DNA of 64,000 nucleotides from Minisyncoccota bacterium (GCA_022841645.1 JALHRC010000001.1:33346-97345), one strand, 5' to 3'; counted from the stretch's first letter, positions 25,878-36,073 are shown. The notes: generated from the letters alone by a model not told the origin. A program made the numbers and translations.

Positions 25878-25916
25878 ACAAAGCCCCGCGCCGTTGGCGC
25901 GGGGCTTTGTGTTCTG
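25878..25916 (+). terminator. Rho-independent terminator after rpoD
   Basis: aaagccccgcgcc-gttg-gcgcggggcttt followed by gtgttct. Confidence 0.7.
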
Positions 25917-26094
25917 CGTAGCAACGTAAGTGGTAATACTTGCAGTTCGCCACCGTTACTTTTTCACCGTAATGCTCGAAAGTAACAAGGCGCCTGCACC
26001 ACAAGGGCATTTCCATTTTCATAGTCGCTTGCTCCTTGAAAGTTGGTCACTAAGGAAACTATAGTCGGGCTGCGCCTTCCTTGTTTCTGCTTAT

Positions 26095-28179
26095 CTACTC
26101 AACGTGGAATTTTTCTTTGAGCGTGACAAACAGCTTGGGGGTAATGAAGCGGCGTTCAAAGAGCTCTTCAAGCACGTGTTCTTCCACCTTAGCAACACCG
26201 CGGCTCGCAAAGCCTTCACCGAGCTTCTCGGTAAGAGCAGGGTGTTCACGGGCAATCGCGTCCATCTTTTTTTGTGAACCCTCGCGGAAGCTGGTGTAGG
26301 TCAGGGTGACGTGCGCAAGGGCGCTAGGGCTAAAGATTGAGGCTGCGTCTTCGGGCGTAATTTTAGTGAGTTCCTTCAGAACTTTGCGGGCGATGATGGA
26401 CTGCGCTCGGTAGTAGGAGTAGAGTTCCGCAGCCTGCTGTTCAGGGGTTTTCGGTTGCAGTAGGTCACCGATTTTTGCCACCGCCCGTTCAAAAATATCG
26501 CGACCATCAACTGGCGTCTGTGATACTTCAAGATTGCCGTGCTCAATGTCATCGAGCTGGAGAGTAAGTTTGCCGGTGATGCGCTTGTAGGTAGTTTCAC
26601 TCACTTCACCGTATTGGTAGAGTTCTTTAAGGGCCAGTGCTTCAATGCCAATAGCGTAGGCGCGTAGCACCTGGTGGGTGTAGTCGGTGGCACTGTCGGC
26701 AGCAAATTCCTTAAGTGCGAGGCAGGCCTTTTGGTACTCGTCTTTATGTTCTCCGAGGAGCTTCTTATACGTAGCGGGGGTGATATAGCCACGCTCGTGA
26801 AATTTCTCCAAGCGGTCGGCTACTTCATGGTGCGTGAGTGCACAAGCTTCTTCGTAGGCCACGCGCTCCTCGTCAGTCATGCGGTTGAGCTTGAGGAAAT
26901 TCATGAGCCCTTGGATGGTGGTCGCCTTCACAAAAATGGTGAAGAAGATACAGCCTATGGTGAGCGCTAAGAGAAAGTCTCGGGGTGAAATCTCTAACGT
27001 CCAGCCCGGGAGGTTGAGGTCACTGGGAATAAGAAGTACGAGCGTGACCGCGAGCGCACCACGCAAGCTACCCCAAGAGAGGAGGTGCTGCCAACTGCGG
27101 GGAATATGCTGCCGCTTGCCCACAAAGATGTTGTAGACACCGACGACTGGGTACACAGACAGCGCTCGGGCGAGCGCAACAACGACGATGGCAAGGAGAA
27201 TAGGGAGTAAGACTTCGCCTCCAGCAAACGGAATGTCAACAAACAGAATACCTACCATGATAAAGACCACTGAGTTGACGATAAACGCCAGTTGTCCCCA
27301 CAGACGATCGACAAACTCTTCGGCCCGCGGATGGATCTTTGGTCGGCCGTAGTTGCCCATGATGAGCGACGCGATGGTGGTAGCGATGATGGCTGAAATG
27401 TAGAGCTTTTGCTCACCAATGTGGAGGTAATGGGTGAGGAAGTCGGAGGCGAGGAAGGTACAGTAGGCCAGTACAAAGGTAAGGGCGATGCTGGCCTGTT
27501 CACTTTCGCGGGTGAGCTGCACGGCTTTGGCAAACACCACACCGCAGAGGGTACCGAAGATGATACCGTTCACGATCATGAGGGTGAATGTCACCACGCC
27601 ATCGAGCACGGTGCTAAAGCCAGCGTAGCCTACGAGCACTACTTCGAGCATCACCAAAAAGAGTGCTACGCCAGTAGCGTCGTTAAACAGACTCTCCCCC
27701 TCAAAGATGAGTGAGAGGCGGCGTGGGGCACCAAACTCTTTAAAGAGTGCGAGCACCGCTACTGGGTCGGTCGCTGAAATAAGCGCACCGAAAAGGAGGG
27801 CGATCATAAGCGGCAAATCGATGCCGATAAAACCAAGGCTATAAAAGAGCCCAAAGCCAATAAGCACAGTTGAGACGAGGAGGCTTACAATCGCGAGGAG
27901 GGTAATCGGGAGGGCGTTTTCGGCGAGCTTCCGCGCACTTATATTGTAGGCGGACTCAAAAATGAGAATGGGGAGAAATACGTAGAAGAGGATTTCTGGG
28001 GTGAGGTGGAATGATTCAAGAAAGCCGAAACTCTCGGTGGTCGACAGTAGACCAATGACGACGCCGAGGGCTACGAGGAGTACGGTGTGCGGGATGCGCA
28101 GGCTGCGCGCCCAGAACACCGCAAAGCTGGAGAGTGCCAAGGTACCAACGGCAATGAGAAGGGTAGAGAGTTCAAGCAT
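26095..28179 (-). CDS. CPA1-family Na+/H+ (cation/proton) antiporter with a large C-terminal cytoplasmic domain
   Basis: About 12 predicted TM helices (MLELSTLLIAVGTLALSS...) followed by a ~280-aa soluble C-terminus. The start was chosen at internal ATG 28179; the ORF track begins at TTG 28227. Confidence 0.7.
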   Translation of the reverse strand: MLELSTLLIAVGTLALSSFAVFWARSLRIPHTVLLVALGVVIGLLSTTESFGFLESFHLTPEILFYVFLPILIFESAYNISARKLAENALPITLLAIVSLLVSTVLIGFGLFYSLGFIGIDLPLMIALLFGALISATDPVAVLALFKEFGAPRRLSLIFEGESLFNDATGVALFLVMLEVVLVGYAGFSTVLDGVVTFTLMIVNGIIFGTLCGVVFAKAVQLTRESEQASIALTFVLAYCTFLASDFLTHYLHIGEQKLYISAIIATTIASLIMGNYGRPKIHPRAEEFVDRLWGQLAFIVNSVVFIMVGILFVDIPFAGGEVLLPILLAIVVVALARALSVYPVVGVYNIFVGKRQHIPRSWQHLLSWGSLRGALAVTLVLLIPSDLNLPGWTLEISPRDFLLALTIGCIFFTIFVKATTIQGLMNFLKLNRMTDEERVAYEEACALTHHEVADRLEKFHERGYITPATYKKLLGEHKDEYQKACLALKEFAADSATDYTHQVLRAYAIGIEALALKELYQYGEVSETTYKRITGKLTLQLDDIEHGNLEVSQTPVDGRDIFERAVAKIGDLLQPKTPEQQAAELYSYYRAQSIIARKVLKELTKITPEDAASIFSPSALAHVTLTYTSFREGSQKKMDAIAREHPALTEKLGEGFASRGVAKVEEHVLEELFERRFITPKLFVTLKEKFHVE

Positions 28180-28321
28180 AAAAATAGGGAAATAAAAAAC
28201 CCGCGGGCGGACAGACAGTGAACGCAACGCGAACGCCTGGCACTATACTCCTGCCTCCTAGCCTCGGCAAGGGGCCCTGGTGCGTATGTGGTGTTTGTTA
28301 CTAGGGGACGCCCAGTGGTTT

Positions 28322-28351
28322 TTGTCAATTGTCGGCGTGACGACGTATACT
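28322..28351 (+). promoter_or_regulatory. Promoter-like TTGTCA-18-TATACT upstream of the helicase-nuclease gene
   Basis: Hexamers at 28322-28327 and 28346-28351. Confidence 0.35.
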
Positions 28352-28373
28352 GAGGTGCTACAGTACTCGGGTT

Positions 28374-31300
28374 ATGCAATTACCACTCGCAACTGACCGT
28401 GATGCCGCCTTCCTTACTGCCTACAGCGCACTGAACGCAAAACAGCGCCAGGCGGTGGATGCTATCGAAGGGCCAGTTATGGTCATAGCCGGACCAGGTA
28501 CCGGGAAGACGCAGATTCTCACGTTGCGGATCGCCAACATCCTACGGCAGACCGACACCACGCCGGAAAGTATTTTGGCGCTCACGTTTACGAACGCTGG
28601 CGCACGCGCGATGCGCACGCGTCTTGCTCGTTTCATTGGCCCGCTGTCGTACCGTGTCCCTATTTTTACTTTCCATAGTTTTGCCGAGCACCTCATCAAG
28701 CGTTTTCCGGAAGCCTATCCCACCATCATCGGCGGCGTGGCGGCCACTGACTTGGAAATTGTCGAACTCATCGAAGAGATACTTGTCGATCCGCAGTTTA
28801 CCGTGCTGCGTCCCTCGGGTCGGCCTGATTATTACGTGTCAGATATTCGCTCGGCGATCTCTGATCTTAAGAAAGAATCCTACACCTCTCGCGACTTTTC
28901 ACGTTTCCTTGCAAAGCAAGAGGAGCAGCTTAATGAAATTCCCCGTTATCACGAGAAGGGTGCTCATAAAGGGAAAGAGCGCGGAGAGTACCGCGATGCT
29001 CTCAAATACTTTGAACGTGGGCGGGAACTGCTTGCTGTCTACCAGCGCTACGAGGCCCTTATGCACGAGCGTGGGCGCTATGACTACGACGACATGGTGC
29101 TTACGACCGTAGCGGCGCTTCACGGTAATGAGGACATGCGACTTTCGGTACAAGAAACGTACCAGTATGTTCTTGCAGATGAGCATCAGGATGTGAGCGG
29201 GAGTCAAAATCGCATCCTCGAACTCATTACCTCCTTTCATGAACGCCCCAACTTGTTTGTGGTGGGGGACGAAAAGCAGGCAATTTATCGTTTTCAAGGG
29301 GCGTCGCTTGAAAACTTTCTTCACTTTGAGCGGGCCTACCCGGCGGCCACGCTGATAGCACTGACGCAAAACTATCGCTCAAGCCAAGTCATTCTCGACA
29401 TTGCTGGAGAGCGTATCGCGACCGACGATGTGGCGCTCAGCAAACTGCGGGTCCCCTTAGTTTCAATGACAAACGAGGCAGCCGATCTTTCACACCGTCA
29501 CTTTGCTCACCAGGCGTTTGAAGAGGCAGCGCTGGTCACTACCGTACGCAAACTAGTAGCGGAAGGAATTTCACCGGGCGAGATTGCGGTGATGGTCCGG
29601 ACTAACCGTCAGGTTGAAAGTTGGAGCAGGGTCCTCCGCAGTGCTGGAGTGACCGTACAGGCTTCAGCCGACAGCGACATTTTAAACGAACCCCTCGCGC
29701 GGATGCTCCTTGCGCTTATACGAGCGGTGGTTTCTCCCCTTGATGAAGGAGCCCTCGCGGCGCTCCTTCATGAGCCGCTGTTTTCTCTTACGGCGCCTGA
29801 TGTGTGGCGGGTGCTCGCGGCCAGGCGCTATGACACACCCCTTACCGTACTCCTACAAGAGCCCGAGCGGATACCAAGCTTGCCCCCGGAGACCATCGCT
29901 CGTCTTAAAGAGCTTGCTCTCGTATTGGAGACTGCACGTCACCGACTTACCTTTGAGGCGCCCCAGCGGGTAGTAGCGTTCCTCGTTGAAGAAAGTGGCC
30001 TCCTCAAAGCTGCATTAGCACATGACCCGCTGGTGAGTAGTCGCATCATCCGCCGACTCTACGATGAATTTGAGGCGCAGGCACTTCGCTCGCCGCAGCG
30101 GTCACTGCGCGACCACCTCGTGGCCTTTGAGCGCAGGGCCGCACATCGTCTACCACTCTCAGCCCCCATCGTGCCCAGTGGCGAAGCGGCTGTCCTCGTG
30201 ACCACCGTTCATAAGGCGAAGGGTCTCGAGTACGAGGTGGTCCTCATGCCCGAGCTCACCGACGCTACGTGGAGTGGCTCTGTCCGCTCGAGCTCGTTTC
30301 GTTTGCCGGGCGGAGCTGGTGTCGCCGAAGATGCTGCTGCTTATGATGACGAAGTTCGATTATTCTACGTAGCGCTCACGCGGGCTAAGCGACGGCTCTA
30401 TATTTCATCGTCTGCAGTAGGGAGCGATGGTCGCGAACGCTCGCCAGCACGCGTGCTCTCTGAACTTACGCACCCAGCGCTTACTACTGTAATGGTCTCA
30501 CCTACGGACGCACCCCACGAGGCCCCGGTGGCCGCTCTCGCCATGAGTGCGGTCTCTCCGGTATCGGTGGGGTGGCTCACTGCCACACTGCGCGAGCACG
30601 GCCTGTCGGCAACAGCACTCAATAATTATCTGGCTAGTCCCTGGAATTACCTCTACCGCAGCGTGCTGCGCATCCCAGAACCAAAGTCACTCGACTTACA
30701 ATTTGGCACCACTATGCACGCCGTCATTGACGCAGCGGTGTCGACGCTTAAAGGTGGCACTGACACTCTGTCGCTTTCATCGGCAAAAACCATTTTGGAA
30801 CGCGAGCTTGGTCGCTTACCGATTTCGCGTGATGAGTTTGTGCGTCTCCACGGCCGGGCGCTTACTGCTCTTGCGGGGTATCTGCCACACCTCGAACACG
30901 GAGTGGTCGGTGTCGAGCATCGTACCGAAGCCAGCTTCACGGCTCTTCTCCCTACGGGCGTTGCGGCACTGCCCGAGCTCACGCTTACTGGCAAGCTCGA
31001 CCGACTGGATTTTGACGCGAGTGGGACGCTCATTCGCGTCACTGATTACAAAACGGGCAAGGTAAAGACGCGGGGACAAATCGAAGGTACGACCAAAGAC
31101 GGTGACGGCAACTACAAGCGTCAACTCACGTTTTACGCGCTGCTGCTCTCGCTCCAGGCTGACGAACGCTACCATTGTTCCTCGATGGTCATCTCCTTTG
31201 TTGAGCCCACGCCCCGCGGAGACATCAAGGAAGAACTATTTCTCATTACCGACGATGAGATTGCGGCCCTGCGGAAAGAGATACTGCGCGTCGTGGACGA

Positions 31301-31391
31301 AATCGTCAGTGGGCGAAGCTTGCAGGCACCATGCGACCCTGAAAAGAGTAACTACTGTGATTTGGTAACGCAGCTCACGTTGCGTCCCTAA
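28374..31391 (+). CDS. UvrD/PcrA-type SF1 helicase fused to a C-terminal PD-(D/E)XK RecB-family nuclease domain (AddA/AdnB-like)
   Basis: N-terminus has AGPGTGKTQILTLRIANIL (Walker A) and the UvrD motifs. The C-terminus has GKLDRLDFDASGTLIRVTDYKTGK, the RecB/Cas4-type nuclease motif (D...D/E.K then YKTGK). Confidence 0.8.
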   Translation: MQLPLATDRDAAFLTAYSALNAKQRQAVDAIEGPVMVIAGPGTGKTQILTLRIANILRQTDTTPESILALTFTNAGARAMRTRLARFIGPLSYRVPIFTFHSFAEHLIKRFPEAYPTIIGGVAATDLEIVELIEEILVDPQFTVLRPSGRPDYYVSDIRSAISDLKKESYTSRDFSRFLAKQEEQLNEIPRYHEKGAHKGKERGEYRDALKYFERGRELLAVYQRYEALMHERGRYDYDDMVLTTVAALHGNEDMRLSVQETYQYVLADEHQDVSGSQNRILELITSFHERPNLFVVGDEKQAIYRFQGASLENFLHFERAYPAATLIALTQNYRSSQVILDIAGERIATDDVALSKLRVPLVSMTNEAADLSHRHFAHQAFEEAALVTTVRKLVAEGISPGEIAVMVRTNRQVESWSRVLRSAGVTVQASADSDILNEPLARMLLALIRAVVSPLDEGALAALLHEPLFSLTAPDVWRVLAARRYDTPLTVLLQEPERIPSLPPETIARLKELALVLETARHRLTFEAPQRVVAFLVEESGLLKAALAHDPLVSSRIIRRLYDEFEAQALRSPQRSLRDHLVAFERRAAHRLPLSAPIVPSGEAAVLVTTVHKAKGLEYEVVLMPELTDATWSGSVRSSSFRLPGGAGVAEDAAAYDDEVRLFYVALTRAKRRLYISSSAVGSDGRERSPARVLSELTHPALTTVMVSPTDAPHEAPVAALAMSAVSPVSVGWLTATLREHGLSATALNNYLASPWNYLYRSVLRIPEPKSLDLQFGTTMHAVIDAAVSTLKGGTDTLSLSSAKTILERELGRLPISRDEFVRLHGRALTALAGYLPHLEHGVVGVEHRTEASFTALLPTGVAALPELTLTGKLDRLDFDASGTLIRVTDYKTGKVKTRGQIEGTTKDGDGNYKRQLTFYALLLSLQADERYHCSSMVISFVEPTPRGDIKEELFLITDDEIAALRKEILRVVDEIVSGRSLQAPCDPEKSNYCDLVTQLTLRP

Positions 31392-31393
31392 GG

Positions 31394-32146
31394 TTATTCG
31401 TCTGTCGCTGGTTGGGGCAGTGGGGTAGGGGGCGGTGTGCCCTCGAGTTGCGAGATGAGGTTGTCGACGATTTCTTTGATAGTGGCGTATGATTGCGCGC
31501 CCTCAATCACTGCTTGCTGGTTTCCGACGAGCAAGACCGAATGAGGAGTGCCGGTGACACCGGCCGCAAAGCCTGCTTCCACGCCCTCTGCCACCCGCTC
31601 ACGCCAGCGACCGCCGTCGTAGCACGCTCTAAAGGCAGTAGTGTCGGCACCGGCACGCTCGGCGTACTCGTAAAGTCGCGTCATGTTGGTTGGCTCTTCC
31701 GGTAACCGCTCACCGAAGACGAGGTCGGAAAAGGTCCAAAAGGCTTCGTTACCAGCTACTTCACCGACACAGAGCGCCGCCTCAGAGATTTTTTGCGCAT
31801 TAGGGTGGAGTTCAACTATCGGCATTTGGCGGTATACCCACGCCACCTTACCCAAAAGGGCATACTCGGTCATCAGTTGCTGCATTGTCTCATGGAAAAT
31901 TTTGCAATACGGACAATCGTAATCGGAGTACTCTACGATCATGATGGGGGCATTGGGGTTGCCACGGATGTAGTCACTGTCGCCGACTGGAGGGATACCA
32001 CTCTCAAGAGCAGCGGTAGCGGCTGCGGGGGTGGTCGCTACCGAGCGGGCGCCGATGCCGCTAAAGTAGATAGCAATCGCAATAAACGCAAAACCTGCGA
32101 GAATAGCGAGGGGGACAGTGGCTGAAGTTGAGGTCGATCGATCCAT
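31394..32146 (-). CDS. DsbA-like thiol:disulfide oxidoreductase (thioredoxin fold, membrane-anchored)
   Basis: CPYC active site (YSDYDCPYCKIFHE) and an N-terminal TM segment. Start taken at internal ATG. Confidence 0.65.
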   Translation of the reverse strand: MDRSTSTSATVPLAILAGFAFIAIAIYFSGIGARSVATTPAAATAALESGIPPVGDSDYIRGNPNAPIMIVEYSDYDCPYCKIFHETMQQLMTEYALLGKVAWVYRQMPIVELHPNAQKISEAALCVGEVAGNEAFWTFSDLVFGERLPEEPTNMTRLYEYAERAGADTTAFRACYDGGRWRERVAEGVEAGFAAGVTGTPHSVLLVGNQQAVIEGAQSYATIKEIVDNLISQLEGTPPPTPLPQPATDE

Positions 32147-32351
32147 AATTATGAACGAGAGAAATTTACTCAATAACACGCCAAACAACCTTAGTGTGGC
32201 AGATTAGTGGAGTATACCATGGGACGTTTCTCTGGCGGAGAGACAAGGCCGTCGCCCATCCTCACAAGTGGCCCGGCATCCAACTTTATGCCCGTAATGC
32301 GCAGTACTTTTGCCATTACGTGGCAGTCTGACAGTGCTATACTTGCGTCGT

Positions 32352-33161
32352 ATGGAATGGTGGCAGGCACTCGTATTGGGAGTAGTCCAGGGTATTACAG
32401 AATTTCTTCCGATTTCCTCGAGCGGGCATTTGGTGTTGGTGCAAGATTTTCTCGACATCACGGGCGAGTATTTGTTGGCGTTCAATATATTCGTTCACCT
32501 GGGCACCTTGGCAGCCGTGGTACTTTATTTTTGGAGTGACCTCTTAACGCTTTCGCAGACCCTCTTCCGCAAGCTGGGACGTCTGCCGGTAAATGATAAG
32601 GACTGGGTACTATTGGTTTCACTTGCTATCGGCACGGTACCAGCGGTCATTATTGGTTTTTTTCTCGGTCCGATTGTCGAGTCATTTTTGATGGTCCCGG
32701 TCGTGGTGGCGCTGGCACTCATCGCTGGCGCCGGTCTCTTTATGTACGCGGAGTGGCGGCAGTTTAAGTACCCCGCACCACAAGTGCTGTCTACTCGTTC
32801 AGGTTTTCTTATCGGCTGCTTTCAGGTACTTGCCCTTATACCTGGGATGTCGCGTTCCGGGGCGACCCTGGCTGGCGGGATGCTACTCGGCCTCACTCGC
32901 TATGAAGCGGCGCGCTTCTCGTTTTTGCTTGCTATACCTATCATCGCTGGTGCTGGCCTCAGTATTACTATCGAGTATATCAGTGACCCTACCGCCATCC
33001 CGTGGATGGCGGTCACCATCGGTACCACCACCGCTTTTTTTCTGGCCCTCGGGGTCATTCATTTGTTTCTGTCATTCATCCGTCGCTACACCCTCTGGCC
33101 ATTTATTTGGTATCGGGTAGCGCTGGCTGTCCTTATTTTGTACAAGGAACTCTTTGTTTAA
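32352..33161 (+). CDS. uppP: Undecaprenyl-diphosphate phosphatase
   Basis: MEWWQALVLGVVQGITEFLPISSSGHL and the later PGMSRSGATL motif are UppP/BacA signatures. Confidence 0.85.
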   Translation: MEWWQALVLGVVQGITEFLPISSSGHLVLVQDFLDITGEYLLAFNIFVHLGTLAAVVLYFWSDLLTLSQTLFRKLGRLPVNDKDWVLLVSLAIGTVPAVIIGFFLGPIVESFLMVPVVVALALIAGAGLFMYAEWRQFKYPAPQVLSTRSGFLIGCFQVLALIPGMSRSGATLAGGMLLGLTRYEAARFSFLLAIPIIAGAGLSITIEYISDPTAIPWMAVTIGTTTAFFLALGVIHLFLSFIRRYTLWPFIWYRVALAVLILYKELFV

Positions 33162-33733
33162 AAAAGGAGTGAATGGGTCATCGCGCTTTCCTCACGAATA
33201 CCCCAGGTCGAAGTGTCGAGGGGAATCTCACGCTTGCGACCACCGTCCTTGAATTTTACATGACCATTCGTGAGAGCGTAATCAAACACTTTTTTGGTCA
33301 CGCGTACGTCCTGCTCGCAGTATTTTTTAATTTCATCAATTTTCCCTTCGCGCCACCAGCGAACGGCTTCAAGCCCGGAGGCTGATTTCTTTGCTCCGAC
33401 AGTTGCCTCAGCAACGCTATCAAGTCGCAGGCGACGGCCAAGTGATTTCTTAATTTCTTCAAGGAGATCAATCGACTTAATGCGTGTGAGGTCGCCAGGG
33501 TAGTACTTATTGAGAATTGGAATATCAAAGTGGTTACTGTTGTAGCCCACAAGCGCATCAGCATGCTCAAGAATTGGCCAGACGGTGCTCAGTTCTTCGA
33601 GGGCGACAGTCGTATATCGGTCGGTACCGACGTCATAGAGGGAGATAACAGAAATATCGAGAGCAGCTGGGTCACTGCTGCCCACGTCCTGAAAGGTATT
33701 TTGTGTTTCTAAATCAAAAATGACGTAGCGCAT
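33158..33733 (-). CDS. DEDD-family 3'-5' exonuclease (DnaQ/RNase T-like fold)
   Basis: MRYVIFDLETQN (Exo I motif D-x-E), ...YNSNHFDIPIL... (Exo II) and ...YCEQDVRVT... (Exo III). Overlaps the uppP stop by 4 nt, convergent. Confidence 0.6.
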   Translation of the reverse strand: MRYVIFDLETQNTFQDVGSSDPAALDISVISLYDVGTDRYTTVALEELSTVWPILEHADALVGYNSNHFDIPILNKYYPGDLTRIKSIDLLEEIKKSLGRRLRLDSVAEATVGAKKSASGLEAVRWWREGKIDEIKKYCEQDVRVTKKVFDYALTNGHVKFKDGGRKREIPLDTSTWGIREESAMTHSLLF

Positions 33734-33869
33734 ATTCTGTAATCGCTATTATGCCCCATCTACTTTGCCCCTCCCTTTATCCACACACTCATCGTACATT
33801 GAGTTCGTCTCATATGCTCTTTTGGTTGCGCTGTGTGCTGGGACATTCTAGCGACTACAGTTTGAAGTA

Positions 33870-35123
33870 TCATCGACTGTTAATGCTACTTTCAATAATC
33901 GCGAGGGAGCCGGTAGTCTCTTCGCCACTGCGCAGGTCTTTAATGGTATAAGTTTGGCTTCCTATCTCCTTTTCACCCACGACGATGATGAAGCGCACAC
34001 CGCGGTCGCTGGCGTCGCCGATCTTTTTCCCGAGTTTCTTGGTACTGATATCGGTGGCGATGCGTGCGGACGTGGCGCGGCGTAGCAGCGAAGCCAGTAC
34101 CTCTCCAGCAATATTGAACTCCGTTTCCATCGGGATAATCATCACCTGAGGGCCGGTCACTGCCAGATTTTCTGGAAGGAGTTTATGGGTGGTAAGAAAG
34201 TCACGCATGGTAACGTCGCCCATACCAAAACCAATGCCGGAGAGAGGGTCTCCGCCAAACATGGAGGTCAGGTTGTCGTAGCGGCCACCGCCAAGCATCG
34301 AGCGGTTATTCTCGCCCGAGACGTCAAAGATTTCGAAAATGGTACCGGTGTAATAACTAAACCCACGCACGATAGAAGGGTCGTACTCGACATTGTTAAT
34401 ACCAAGTGGGATGAGGCCACCAATAACGTGATGCACCGCTTCGGGCATGGTCTCTGGGAGGGCCAAGGGACGACCCGCCGCCGCCTCCATCAGCTCAGCA
34501 AACTCATCTGCCGACACCTTTGCTTTTCGATCAATGACGTTGCTGACCGCCCGTACTTGTTCTGGGCTTTCGATACCAGCCTCTGCGAGGTAGGCGCCCA
34601 AGGCAGCGCGATTGTTGACACGGATACGAAACATCTCTGACGTCGCGCCAAAATCAAGAAGGAGCTGGTGGGCGAGGGCAATAATCTCAACATCAGCAGC
34701 AAAGTCATCGGCACCAAAAATATCGCAGTTTAGTTGCCAGTGCTCACGCAGACGGCCGCGCTGTGGGCGCTCGTACCGGAAAAGGTTGGGGATGGAATAC
34801 CAGCGGACCGGAAGGGAAAGTTCACGGCGCTTTCCGGCTACCATACGCGCGACGGTCGGGGTCATCTCAGGACGCAGTGTTACCTCACGCTCACCCCGAT
34901 CGATAAAGGTGTACGTTTGTTCGTTCACCATTTCCTCGTTCTCAGCTCCCTTGGCCTTATAGAGGTCTGACGGCTCAAGAATTGATGCATCATAGCGCTC
35001 AAAGCCAAAGCTTTCGGCAGTCTTGGACCAGGTGTCAAAAATATACCGCTGGACGGCCATGTCCTCGGGGTAGAAGTCGCGCACGCCTTTGTAGGACTCG
35101 GTAGAGAGGGCTTTGTCAGACAT
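33870..35123 (-). CDS. hisS: Histidine--tRNA ligase
   Basis: Class II aaRS motifs and a HisRS-specific pattern (...GVRDFYPEDMAVQRYIFD..., ...RYDNLTSMFGGDPLSGIGFGMGD...). Start at internal ATG 35123. Confidence 0.9.
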   Translation of the reverse strand: MSDKALSTESYKGVRDFYPEDMAVQRYIFDTWSKTAESFGFERYDASILEPSDLYKAKGAENEEMVNEQTYTFIDRGEREVTLRPEMTPTVARMVAGKRRELSLPVRWYSIPNLFRYERPQRGRLREHWQLNCDIFGADDFAADVEIIALAHQLLLDFGATSEMFRIRVNNRAALGAYLAEAGIESPEQVRAVSNVIDRKAKVSADEFAELMEAAAGRPLALPETMPEAVHHVIGGLIPLGINNVEYDPSIVRGFSYYTGTIFEIFDVSGENNRSMLGGGRYDNLTSMFGGDPLSGIGFGMGDVTMRDFLTTHKLLPENLAVTGPQVMIIPMETEFNIAGEVLASLLRRATSARIATDISTKKLGKKIGDASDRGVRFIIVVGEKEIGSQTYTIKDLRSGEETTGSLAIIESSINSR

Positions 35124-35287
35124 AAATATGGTGAGATTGTACGGCAGGGAGGCTAGAGATACAAGGAAAACCGTAGGGTAGAAAAGGGTGGGCCGGCGGC
35201 ACTGTAGGCACCGCTTGTCCCGGTCCTCGCTCAGGTCATTATCGCTGCGGGGGACGCGCTCCACCTACAGTGCCGCCGGCTACCACA
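35124..35287 (-). promoter_or_regulatory. Structured hisS leader: 16-bp perfect inverted repeat with T-tract on the hisS strand (terminator/attenuator; T-box-like?)
   Basis: ccggcggcactgtagg (35193-35208) and cctacagtgccgccgg (35264-35279) pair. On the minus strand they are followed by cccacccttttct. The sequence ggtggtagccggcgg overlapping the 5' arm resembles the T-box core GGUGGUACCGCG. Confidence 0.3.
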
Positions 35288-35845
35288 CTACATAATCACC
35301 ATTCCTCCTAAGATCTGCAGACGGGCGTCCATAGCGCCCTGGATGGTCGCTTGGACACCGCGGGGGTCAGGCATACCGGTGGCGGCAAAATTGCTCTCGT
35401 TCGCGCCCGCTGTCTGCGCGCGGATGGTTCCGAAGTTAAGGAGGGTGGCGACAATGCCTTTGATAGTCACCTTAATATCTTGCAGGCGTTCGAGACGGAA
35501 ACTTGAAACCTTGCGATTAAAAAAGCCCCGCTGGTCTATGACGATGACACGTCGGTCGGTGATGACCCATAAATCTAGGTAGTAGTTGGTCCACACCATG
35601 AAGGCCATCAGGGTGGTCATAAGGAGCCAACTCGCGGTAACAAGTGTGATGAGGGGGGTTTGTCCAGAAAGTAGTTCGGCTATCTTAAATTCTGCCGGTA
35701 AAAGCGAAGTGAGTGAGAGGAGGAGTGGAGGCAGCAGGGCGATTATTCCGACACTCACCAGTTCAACGGTAATGATAAACCAGTGCTTGCGGACAGTGCC
35801 CAGCACCACCTCACCTTCTTCAAATTCAATTTTTTCGTACAACAT
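35288..35845 (-). CDS. Membrane protein with bacterial PH (bPH_2/YdbT-like) domain
   Basis: 185 aa: two N-terminal TM helices followed by a YdbT-like PH domain. Confidence 0.55.
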   Translation of the reverse strand: MLYEKIEFEEGEVVLGTVRKHWFIITVELVSVGIIALLPPLLLSLTSLLPAEFKIAELLSGQTPLITLVTASWLLMTTLMAFMVWTNYYLDLWVITDRRVIVIDQRGFFNRKVSSFRLERLQDIKVTIKGIVATLLNFGTIRAQTAGANESNFAATGMPDPRGVQATIQGAMDARLQILGGMVIM

Positions 35846-35848
35846 ACG

Positions 35849-36067
35849 CTATAAAAAGAGGAGGGTGATTCCCATAAGTGCCGCCAGTGGCAGGGTGGTG
35901 GCAAAATACAGCACGAGAGTCAAGTTCATGACGCGCGCGTTGACTGCATATGACACCCAGTGATAGTAAAAAATGACACTAAAAATGACGTAGAGCGCCG
36001 CTATGACGTAGAAAACGACCAAGGCTATACTCCCCAGGTCAAACGACACAAACGTGGGCATGGGCAT
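35849..36067 (-). CDS. Small membrane protein (YdbS-like partner?)
   Basis: 72 aa with two hydrophobic helices. Lies 3 nt upstream of the PH-domain gene. Confidence 0.35.
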   Translation of the reverse strand: MPMPTFVSFDLGSIALVVFYVIAALYVIFSVIFYYHWVSYAVNARVMNLTLVLYFATTLPLAALMGITLLFL

Positions 36068-36073
36068 ACCAAT

